From the NCBI RefSeq assembly GCF_009914755.1, contig NC_060933.1: a stretch of 64,000 nt of DNA. One strand, written 5' to 3'. This document shows, in pieces, positions 51,671 to 64,000 of the stretch (the first letter of the stretch is position 1; each line of letters begins with the position of its first letter). Source of the stretch: the human T2T-CHM13v2.0 reference genome, Homo sapiens. The translations under genes were made by a program, and so were the position numbers. The notes under the pieces were generated by a model. The model did no database searches, had not been told where the DNA came from, and worked only from the letters and a program-made list of their open reading frames with translations.

Positions 51671-52371
51671 GTACATTCTCACCAGCTACAAACTTTGGAC
51701 CCTCTTGACAAACGTTTTTGTGTCTTCCATGAGGATGATTACTACTAGCTTGTTGCTGATGGTAAGCCACATTTCCTGTCTCCATATTGAAGAAATGAAA
51801 TGGCAGCTTGAAGGCAGCAGGACAGAGATTCGCTGCCAAACAACCAAATCAGCTGTAACTGCCTATTGGTATGGAGGACAGAAGGGCTCCAGGCTGTACC
51901 ATCATTGAGATGCAGGAATTCAAGTGAGTCTTCCGTATTTGAACTGGCCTGGAGTTGGTGCTTGGGAGTTGATGGCTACTTCTACATATAACTACACAAA
52001 GAACTGGCTTAATATTAATGCTCAAGTAAACGAGTCACTAAACAAACAAGAAAAACAAGACCAAACTATGAAATCTGTTGTTAAAAGTATATTAAAATTC
52101 AGATTGAAAATGATTGAAATCAATTATTAAATATGTTTCAAAAAAAGAAAGCATGCTACATCCATTTGGTTTGTTTTCATAGGTAATATCAAACTGCTAA
52201 ATATCACCTTAATTCAGTCATTGATAAATGTGTGCAATGAGGTGTAGCCCACAAAGCCTTTAATCAGTGTGACCATTCCAATATCTCATGGCCTTTAATT
52301 TTGCTTCTGTTCGGTTATCAACATTGGATGTTATAACATCAGGTGGCATGATGTGTGACATTTGTCTGTCG

Positions 52372-52850
52372 TTCATTCATTCCATTATTTATTGAATGCC
52401 TATTACAGCACAGAATTTGACATGGGAGTGGGAGAGTAATCGTGAACAATACTAGTAAAATGCCTGCCCTCATGAGGATTATGTTCCTGTTGTCATGAAG
52501 TTGTCATCTACTTCTAGATGATAAACAAGAAACAAATAATCAAAATGCACTCAAAGAATAATAATAAGGGCTTGAGGAAGTTAAAGCACTTTAAGAAAGT
52601 TAAAAAAAAAAAACTAGTCATGGGGCAGTGGCTAATTGAGTGGTCAGGGAGGCCTCTTCACAGAGTTCACATTTTGCTGAAAACTAAAGAAGATCCAGCC
52701 TTGAGAAGATGTGGAAAAGGGAACAGCAAATGCAAAAGCCTGATAGAGGAAGAGCTTTGGATGGTGATATTTCAACAAGAACATCCTCAAGGCTGGAGCA
52801 GGGTGAACAGGAGGGAAACCAGTAGCATGTGGAATAGGATCAAATGAGCA
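52372..52850 (-). mobile_element. L2 fragment
   Basis: ttcattcatt...tttattgaatgcct...tgccctcatg...ggtcagggaggcctct...gggaacagcaaatgcaaaagccctga. Confidence 0.7.
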
Positions 52851-53249
52851 TTCAACTCTATTTTTCCAGGGATTGGAGAATCAGATAAGGCCCCCCATGT
52901 ATGCTGTAAATAACCAAGACTGACCTTCTACATTAAAAGAGAGAGATGTGTCTTTCCTTTTGAATGTTAAAAACAGTTTAAAAGTCTTTACAAAATTACC
53001 AAAGACAAATAATATCACATATATCAAATTTATCCATTTGATTAATAATTTTTAAGATTTTGAAGATTAATAATTTTTAAAATTATTTTTATTTCATGAT
53101 TTTGCATAAAGGTTGTGAGTGAAATAGATACTGTGATTGGAGAAAAGATAAGGAGACAATGTATATGTGTCTATTTGGCAGGGGGTGGGGACACATCATA
53201 ATATATATTTGGTATGCATCCTATCTAGTTTCTAATTAAAACCAAAATT

Positions 53250-53576
<327 letters not shown>

Positions 53577-54308
53577 TTACATCTTCTGTTACATGGCAAC
53601 AAGGAACTAAATATTAATCATAAACCCCCAAAGACATTAATCCTAGGATGTAAAGTCACTCCCTAAATCGCTACATCTTTAAGTTTCATGGGTCCACTCC
53701 TTGTCTATGGGTGATCTCTGTTGTAGAATTTGTCCCATCCCACTTCCTTGGGCTGCTTCCCTCAGTAAACTCACACATTCACTCTCTCCAATAAAATCAG
53801 AATAATGATGAAGTGGTACCACTTTCTTGCTTCATTGGCAAATAACTATGGAAGCTAAGTGTCTTGTTAAGAACTATATTAGCAGATCATAATGAGCCCT
53901 AGACTTGCTATCTCTTAAACATTGATGAAAGATAAGATGTAAAACTAGCAGTTGCTGACTTGCATTAATAAAGTGTTAAGAAGGGCGAGAGCCAAGGATT
54001 GCCACAGGGAGGAAATTAAGTAACCCGCTTACTGCATTTCCTTGGGCAACTGTAGATAAAATGTTTGGCTTGGGTAAAGAACTGTTAAAACCTTAAAATA
54101 AAATTTAATGACCCCATTTTTTAAAAACTTAATTTTTAATCAGGTTTTTAAACACAGTATAATTCCTTCAGTATGGCAGCTGTGCCATAGAGTTCACTCT
54201 ATGTAATGTTTTTGTATTTAAAAAAATAGTTTGTACTTTAAAAAAATACATAGCTGTATTGACATATAGTTTATATAATGTACATTTTATCCATCTAAAA
54301 GTAAAATT

Positions 54309-54528
54309 CAGCCTCCCAAGTACCTGGGATTACAGGCACCTACCACCATGCCTAGCTAATTTTTAGCTAGCTAATTTTTTAGCTAGCTAATTTTTAGCTA
54401 GTATTTTTAGTAGAGACAGGGTTTTGCCATGTTGGCCAGACTTGTCTCGAACTCCTGACCTCAAGTGATCTGCCCATCTCAGCCTCCCAAAGTGCTGGGA
54501 TTACAGGTGTGAGCCACCATGCCCAGCC
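54309..54528 (-). mobile_element. partial AluS with internal triplication
   Basis: ctagctaatttttag repeated three times at 54352-54397. Confidence 0.9.
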
Positions 54529-54529
54529 T

Positions 54530-55970
<1,441 letters not shown>

Positions 55971-55977
55971 TTTTTTT

Positions 55978-56312
55978 TTAATTTAAAGGAGTTTAATTGA
56001 GCAACAAACACTTCAAGAATCGGGCAGCCTTCCCAGGCAGAGTAGGCTCGGACACTCCAGCACAGTCACGCGGTGGAAGGTTTATGGACAGAAAATGGAA
56101 CTGAGGTACAGAAACAGCTGGGTTTGGCTGCAGCTTGGCATTTGCCTTATCTGAACATGGTTTGAACAGTTGGCTACATTTGATTGGCCAAAACTCAGTG
56201 ATTGGCACAAGTGTAGTCTGTTTACACCTCCACTTGTCACAATATACAGACAAACTTTTAGGCCAAACTTAAATATATAAGGAGGCAGCTTTAGGCTAAA
56301 CTTGATTTCAAT
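55978..56312 (-). mobile_element. MER57-family ERV1 solo LTR
   Basis: reverse strand aaatcaagtttagcctaaagctgcctccttatatatttaagtttggcctaaa. Confidence 0.85.
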
Positions 56313-56580
56313 ACCTGTATTCCAACACTTTGGGAGGCCGAGGCGGGAGGATCACTTGAGCCTAGAAGTTAGAGGTCAGCCCAAGCAACATAGTGAGACC
56401 TTGTCTCTGCGAAAATAAATTAGCCAGGCATGGTAGCATGTACCTGTAGTCCCAGCTTATTAGGAGACTGAGGCCAGAGGATCATTTGAGCCCAGGAGTT
56501 CAAGGTTGTAGTGAGCTACAAGCGCGCCACTGCACTCCTGGGCAACAGAGAAAAAGCCTACCTCAAAAAGAAAAAAATAA
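56313..56580 (+). mobile_element. AluJ (5'-truncated)
   Basis: J-type right arm (ttgagcccaggagttcaaggttgtagtgagcta). Confidence 0.85.
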
Positions 56581-56697
56581 TGACATAAGCAATTATGTGG
56601 AAATAAGGTCATACCTGTCAAAGTAATCAGCTGAAAGCAGTTGCCTCTGAGGTGCAGGAAAGGGGGAAAGTGGAGATAAGGGAACTACTTTTCTTTA

Positions 56698-57066
<369 letters not shown>

Positions 57067-57166
57067 TTAAAAAATATTTTAATAAATAAAAAAAGATTTA
57101 ATACTTCAAACTATGGGCACACAAAACCTTGATAAAAATAAAAACAAATTTAGAAATCTATTATTA

Positions 57167-57482
<316 letters not shown>

Positions 57483-57529
57483 TAGAAATCTATTATTAAT
57501 AGGACAGCATGTTGAGAGACTTTAAAGGA

Positions 57530-58170
57530 GTTTTTTTTAAGTATTTTTAAAATAATCTCAAATTTATAGAAGTCTTGGAATTAAAGTACAAAGAACTTTT
57601 GTTTTGCTAAATGATTTGAAAGTTCCTGACCTGACTCCCTATAACCCCTACATACTGTATGTCTTCTATAAACAAGGACTGAATGCAATAAAATTGTAAT
57701 ATAGCTAGAAAAATCAGGAAATCAACATTAATAGATTTCTACCATCCAACCAACAGACCTATTCAAGTTTTGCCAAGTCAGGATCCAGTTCAGAATCACC
57801 ACTGCACTTATTTCTCACGTCTCTTTCATCTTCAGTCTGGAACAGTTCTTCAGTCTTTCCTTAACTTTCATGACTTTACACTTCTATTACAGGCCAATTA
57901 TTTTGTAGAATTTTCCTTAATTTGAATTTGTTGCTTTAGGATTAGATTCCAATTATGTATTATTGGCAGGAGCATCATAGAAGTGATGCTGTGTTCTTCT
58001 TGCTAGACTATCAGGAGGCACACGATTGCAATTTGTCCTATTACTGAGGATGTTCATTTTGGTTGCTTGATTAAGGTGGTGCCTGCCAGATTTTTCCACT
58101 GTGAAGTGACTTCCTTTTGTAACTAATGAATAATTTGTGAAGAGCTGCTTTGAAATGATGTAAATATCTG
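57530..58170 (-). mobile_element. old L1MC/ME 3' fragment
   Basis: aaaatcaggaaatcaacatt...ggaacagttcttcagtctttcc...ggttgcttgattaaggtggtgcctgccag. Confidence 0.65.
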
Positions 58171-58424
58171 TTGACTTGAAAATACAACAAAATTATACTA
58201 TGAATTGAATAATACATCTAAATTAATTTGCATTTTATCAATGACAACCAGATCCACATACTTTTGTAAAACAGTTGCTGGTGTGTGTGCGCAACAGGTT
58301 GTTGACTTAGGCAATGTGTGGAATGTTCTGGATTCCTAGACCCCGGGCAGTAGCTCCAAGACAGTTTTGAACTTTCAAGTAAGACAAACTTAGTTTTGAT
58401 TTCCAGTTGTACACTTAGAAGCTA

Positions 58425-58817
58425 TGGATGGTAGATTCTTTGTTGGGGAAAATGGCAGCAATTCTCACTCCCTGTGTCTACCCCTTTGGTTGTCCCCTTC
58501 CATACCGGCTGGCCATGCCCTTGTGACCTGCTTTGGCCAATGGGAGAATAGCAAATATGACAGAAGTGAGACATGGGAAGTTCTTGTGTTGCTGCCCTTA
58601 TGCTGCTTTTGAAACTCAACCCCTATGTTCAAGCTCTCCTGGATAATGAGACTTGTGGTCGCATTCCCATCACCCAGCTGACGATGAGCTCCTCCTGTCC
58701 CTAAAATATGAGGCCCCTTAGCCATCCAGCCCCCATCCAGTTATTGAGAAACAAGTATTACCTGTTTGAAATCATAAACGGGTGGTTTATGATGCAGCAA
58801 AAACTAACTTACATACA
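58425..58817 (+). mobile_element. old MLT1 (G/H-like) LTR
   Basis: cttgtgacctgctttggccaatggga...tgcagcaaaaactaacttacataca. Confidence 0.65.
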
Positions 58818-58819
58818 AC

Positions 58820-58970
58820 ATGACCTCATGTGGGTTTCTTAATTTCTCTCAGTCTCAGCTTTCTCATCTATAGGATGGAGATAAGGCAATCAACCTCGCT
58901 ATTTAGAGGATTAAATGAGAAAATATATGCAAAGTGCTTGGCATAGCATAAATACTCAACACATATGGTA
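58820..58970 (+). mobile_element. MIR fragment
   Basis: tctcagctttctcatctataggatggagataa...gaggattaaatgaga...aaagtgcttggcatag. Confidence 0.7.
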
Positions 58971-59107
58971 ATTTTTTAAAAACCCTCTATATTAGTCCCT
59001 TTTAATTAAAATTTTAATTAAAACAAAAGAAAAACAAAACAAAACAAAAACCTCTGCTGGGTGGACGAGGGGCAGCCCTCAGGCTAGATGCACTGATTTA
59101 GTACTTT

Positions 59108-60167
59108 TAATAGTGGCAGGAGTCAGACAAGCCCGTAGGCAGATAGTGGCATGTCCCCAATGAAATCCAACTTTCAAACCAAAGGCAGTTTAAAGCCCGA
59201 AAGCTAAGCTACAAGTCTTGGATAAATCCATGGACCGAGCTGAGAACATCTCTTCCTGTTGGTGCACTTTCCTCTGACTGATCCCCACCCTTCACTTACT
59301 TTACATATATCTACCCTTCCCTAGGTGGTTTTCTACACTGTCATGCCACCTTTGAATGGTTCCTTTGTTTTAGCCTTTTTTGTATACTCGTAAACCAATC
59401 AGCATGCAGTCCCCACTTCTGAGCCCATAAAAGCCCCGGACCCAGCCACGCTGAGAGAGAGACCACCCAACTTCAGGTCAGGGACCACCCTTGCATCCCC
59501 TCTCCGCTGAGAGCTGTTTCATTGCTTCATAAAACTCTTCTCTGCCCTTTTCACCCTTCCATTGTCAGCAAAGGGTATGAAGAAGGCAGTAACACCATAG
59601 CCCTCCACCCCTCCCCGACTATCTGTGCCCAGTGGCAGCCCCTTGCCATGAGAGGCAGTGCAGGGCCAGGCCAGCCAGGGAGCCTCCGGCAGGAGCAGGC
59701 AACAGGACTGACAGAGTTGTTAACACACCCCCCATTCATTGTTAACATGCCCGTTTGTCAGGCTGCTGACGGTGGGACTAAAAGAGCTGTTAGCATGGCT
59801 GTAACATCCCCTCTGGGGCTTCAGAGTCGAGTGCTTTCCTGTTTGGGCGCCACCAAGTTCCCTTCATCTGCATGCCAGAGTTCACCCCCGGAGTCACTTC
59901 CGACAGGCCTGATCCAGCTGCAGGCCCCAAAGGGAGCCCGCTCCTGCGCCAGCACTTGGAGTTGCTGGCAAGATGAGGCACTCACTTGATCACACACCCC
60001 CTCCTACTGGGGCTGAGCATGCAGTCTCGGTGGCTGCAGGATCCCCACCAGAGTGCAAGCCCAAGTGGGCAGGGCACCTCCTGCCTGGGGCAGAGCTAGG
60101 CATGGGCAGGGGCATCGCCAGCCAGAAGTCTGCAGTTGGAAAAGTGTCCGAGAAAAATCCTGCGTCA
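59108..60167 (+). mobile_element. LTR28/LTR1-group ERV1 solo LTR
   Basis: ggcaggagtcagacaag...taggcagatag start, CCAAT and cccataaaagcc promoter motifs, aaaaatcctgcgtca end; TSD CTTT. Confidence 0.75.
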
Positions 60168-60269
60168 CTTTGGAAGCAGTCTTCCTATCCTAGAATGCCA
60201 GAGGGCAAGCATCTGAAAGATCTGGAAGGATGAGGCAGCAAAGGCCAAGATGTGAATGTACACTGCCCC

Positions 60270-60887
60270 TGTCAGAGGTGATCGAACCAGAGCGATTCCA
60301 TCTTGAATAGGGGCTGGGTAAAATAAGGCTGAGACCTGTGAGGCTGCATTCCCACTAGCTTAGGCATTCTAAGTCAGGATGAGATAGAAAGTCCGCATAA
60401 GATACAGGTCACAAAGACCTTGCTGATAAAACAGGATGCAGTAAAGGAGCCAGCCAAAACCAAGATGGTGACGAAAGTGACCTCTGGTCATCCTCACTGC
60501 TCATTATATGCTAATTATAATGCATTTCCATGCTAAATGACACTCCTGCCAGTGCCAGGACAGTCTACAAATGCCATGGCAACATCAGGAAGTTACCCTA
60601 TAGGGTCTAAAAAGGGTAGGAACCCTCAGTTGCAGGAATTGCCCACCCCTTTCCCGGAAAACTCATGAATAATCCACCCTTTGTTTAGCATATGATCAAG
60701 AAATAACTGTAAGTATAGTCAGTCGAGCAGCTCCTGCCGCTGCTCTGCCTATGGAGTAACCATTCTTTCATTCCTTTATTTTCTTAATAAGCTTGCTTTC
60801 ACTTTATGGACTTGCCCCAAATTCCTTCTTGCAGGAGGTCCAAGAACCCTCTCTTGGGGTCTGGATAGGGACCCTTTTCCAGTAACA
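60270..60887 (+). mobile_element. MER41B ERV1 solo LTR
   Basis: tgtcagagg...ccatcttgaataggggctggg...ccagtaaca; carries the extra segment with GAS motifs. Confidence 0.9.
60651..60659. promoter_or_regulatory. GAS (STAT) motif TTCCCGGAA
   Basis: perfect TTC-N3-GAA; partner site at 60630-60638 is mutated to TTGCAGGAA. Confidence 0.6.
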
Positions 60888-61399
60888 TCCCCATCACAGC
60901 CCTAATCACTAGGGGACCCTCTAGGCTCTTCCTGCCCTCCCCAGACTGTCTCCCTTAAACATGCTGGATGCAGGGGTGCATCAGTGACTCCGCTGGTGCC
61001 TCCAGGAAAATAAAGTGTGGACCTCTGTGGACAAGAAACAACCCAAAGTAAAGACGACTCCTCACAGGCAGGATGGATATCCAGTTGTATGTATGTCGGT
61101 GTGCTGGGGCCGGGAGGCTCCTAATAACAATGTTACCGCTGCTTCACGTGGAAGAAAGCTGAGGCTCAGAGAGATTAAGGAACTTGTCCAGGGCCATACC
61201 GGAGTCCAGGCCTGTGTGCTGTCATGGTCTGAGGTTTGAACTCCAACCGTCTAAGGAGCTGGGATAGAACTGGGGAGGGAGTGTGGTGGGTGGGAACAGC
61301 GGGCAGATAGATGCTGGCTGGTCTCCGAGGAGCCTAGGTTCTGCCAGAGGGACAACAGGTGAGGAAAACAGGCCTCGGGGTGGATGAGTGAATACTCAG

Positions 61400-62065
61400 A
61401 GGATGGGCGCAGACCCGGAGGGCCGTGAAAGGTGACAGGGTTATTACAGTCTTGGTTGCATAAGGGGGTAACTAGCGGTTTCTTGGCTGAAAAAGAGGAG
61501 GGGGGCTACAGCTTCCCCCCTCCAAGGGCGGAGCACGCAGCCGCTCAGCAGGCTGCCACACAGGGTCCCCCACCTCCGCAGCTGGGGGACCTGAACTCGC
61601 CAATAGGAGGTTCCTCCTGCACGCGCGGCTTCACCCTCCCTCCAGGGCTCCCGTTGCATTTCACTCCCTGCCTAAGGTCGCCCGCCGGTGAGGGCGGAGG
61701 AGGAAGAACTGCAGCTCCTGAGGACAGAATCTGCTTCAAGGCACCCTGACCGGCGCCCAACCCCACCCCGGCTGCGGCCCGCCGCCCTGATCCCCATCGC
61801 GCTGCACGGTCTTCCCTTCCAACACCGAGGGCGCTGCAAGGACGCCCTGTCCCTGCCACTCATTCATATTAATGACTCCTCCCACCATGCTTTCCTCAGG
61901 TGTGTTCCGACCGCTCTGCCCGAAACATTTTCATCCCACATTCTTACGGCCACCTCTCCCCAAGTTCCCTTCCGTCTGGGCAAATCTTGTCCTTTACCCG
62001 GCACTGGGGTCGCTCCAGAGCTTTCAAACCAGCTTCCCCAGGGCGCTGTGCAGGGCCGGGCCCCT
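61400..62065. promoter_or_regulatory. borderline CpG island, candidate promoter/enhancer
   Basis: about 38 CpGs in ~670 bp by manual count; GC boxes at 61526 and 61692; CCAAT at 61600. Confidence 0.55.
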
Positions 62066-62069
62066 ACAA

Positions 62070-62300
62070 TTTTTGTATATTGATCTTGTACCTTGCTGTC
62101 AGGCTGAACTTGTTTATTAGTTCCAATAATTTTTTTTAGTGGCATTGTTGGGGTTTTCTATATAAAGGTAATGTCATCTGCAAGTAGAGCTAATTTTACC
62201 TCTTCCTTTCCAATCTGAATGCCTTTACTTTATTCTTCGTTTAATTATCTTATCTTGGCTAGAACCTCCAATACAATGGTAAATAAAAGAGGTAAATGTG
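62070..62300 (-). mobile_element. L1 fragment
   Basis: atgtcatctgcaagtagagctaattttacctcttcctttccaat...ggctagaacctccaatacaatg. Confidence 0.75.
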
Positions 62301-62302
62301 CT

Positions 62303-62700
62303 GCAGTGAGTGCTTAAAGTTTTATGTTGCCTTAGCATCCATTTTCAAATATGTGTTTAACTTTCTCAAACCAGAAGCAGGGTTCAGTCACCCTTGATGC
62401 AGTTTCCTGTACTATACCCCCCAAATGGCTCCAGGTGGTGACCAGAAATAAAAACTTGGAGGCATCTCTGTCTCGTAGCAGGCTGGGCTCCCAGCTTTCC
62501 TGCTGCTTCCTCTAAACAGACCATTTAGACACTTTTCAGTCACAATGTGACTTCCTAGTACTAGTGCCTGCTTGCTTTAAGCCCATCAATTTAAAGCTCC
62601 CTGTTTATATAATGCCCTGGACCCAATAAAGGCATTGACCTCCTTGTGTGTGTGTGTGTTTTCTAAGCATGCTGTGTGCCCCCCAGGGAACTTTCACACT
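62303..62700 (+). mobile_element. LTR47-like ERVL solo LTR
   Basis: gtgcttaaagttttatgttgccttagcatccatttt...accagaagcagggttcagtcacccttga; TATA-like and AATAAA motifs. Confidence 0.65.
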
Positions 62701-64000
62701 GTGGTCATGTCATTGAAGCCACATCTGCAATCTGACCCATGCAGGTGGATCTCCTGCTGCTGCGCTTCTGTCTGGGTCTCTGGTGGCTGCAGAAACAATG
62801 GCTACAAGCTGAGCAGATAAAGAAACTCAGAGAGTTCATTCTAAACAAGTGAACAACCTCTTCTTCCTGATCTAAGGCAAAAAGCATTTAACCTTTCATC
62901 ATTTATTTCTCCACAAGTGTGGCATGTCATCATTGCCACTCACTGACCCACACACTCATGGTTCATAGCCTGAGAAATAGTTTGCAAAGGCATATTTACC
63001 TTCATTGAAACCTTAGAAAACATATATAAAGGCAGTTCAAAAATCAACCTTAAAATATGCCATAAAAAGACAGAGAGAGGTAAGAAGATACTCATGAAAT
63101 CAGTCATTGTCTCAAACAAGAATAATTTTAGAGAAAGTGGATTGGGTCCTTCTTTCCCTGGTTCTCTTGCTTTTTTCTATTCTCTTCTGCGAGCAATAAT
63201 CCTTTTGTCTGGCTTCTTCATTATTTCAAAGGAGAAAGTACAATATGAGCATGCATTCACCTATACTGTCAATTCCAGAAAAAAATAGCAGAGTTAAATA
63301 TAAATGGACCTTAGTCATATTTAACCATTGCTCTCCTTGACAATCCAAAGCTTAATAAAGTACATCTCTTTCCATTTAGAAATTCATATATTCATACTCA
63401 TACTGTTAACCTACTAAAATAAAAAAGTAGATGGAAATAATATACATGGAGCTAAAGTCAATATTAAATAGTCCCAGACATATGGTTTGTGACTAATTAT
63501 TAAACATAATATATGAATTCTTCCGGTGGGTTATACAATTTTAATTGGTTGATTAAAGGACCATTCTATTCTTCAAAGGAGATAATCATGCTAAATTTTA
63601 AGAAAAATTACAGTGGAGGTATTCATTTATTTATGTCTTTATAAAAATGTAATATAAAATGTTTATGCAAAGGAGGCCTGTGAGAGAGGGGAGTGTCAGG
63701 GTTTAATAAGATATTTGGAGTAGTTTCATCCCATGACCACACATGTTCTGCTTTACCATCTGCAATCTCATTAGCTGTCCATGAAGATGCTGTGCTGAAT
63801 GTAGACCTGAAATTTAGACATAAGCACTCACATATATGAAATATACATTGCTAGAGGAGCAAATAAACAAAGAAGAAAAACATTTTTTGATTTGTGGCTT
63901 CACTTTTGAACAATAACCAAAAATATTCTACATGCTTGAAGGAAAAAAAAACTCATTTTATTCTTATGAGACCAAAGGATTTTATTCTTACGAGACCAAA

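Noticed and set aside
59522-59989. 155-aa ORF
   Set aside because: Lies wholly within a GC-rich LTR, has a non-ATG start and no recognisable domain.
61820-62050. CTCF-like GGGCGCTG motifs in the CpG-rich element
   Set aside because: Several mismatches in the conserved CCASYAG half.

Overview
This is human genomic DNA: an AluYb-lineage element, from a human-specific family, sits at 57167-57482. The background is AT-rich and very repeat-dense. I count about 45 Alu copies or fragments and about 20 solo LTRs (MER34/MER4/MER61, THE1, MST, MLT1/2, MER41A and MER41B, MER65, LTR8, LTR12, MER57, LTR28-like, LTR47-like), plus DNA-transposon MITEs and old L1/L2/MIR fragments, often nested with readable target-site duplications. 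I found no credible protein-coding exon: the listed ORFs are Alu, LTR or L1 read-throughs or chance ORFs. I could not name the locus. The best candidates for function are all non-coding: (i) a MER41B LTR with an intact STAT/GAS motif beside a borderline CpG island (60.3-62.1 kb); (ii) a chain of well-formed minus-strand splice-site pairs downstream of two TE-derived candidate promoters (LTR12 and an old L1 5' end with a perfect CRE); (iii) a plus-strand candidate exon pair with a CRE/ETS CpG cluster; (iv) a likely CTCF site at 17.1 kb; (v) an unexplained GC-rich 1.4-kb block at 42.2-43.6 kb. Repeat family names come from recalled consensus sequences and should be confirmed with RepeatMasker/Dfam.
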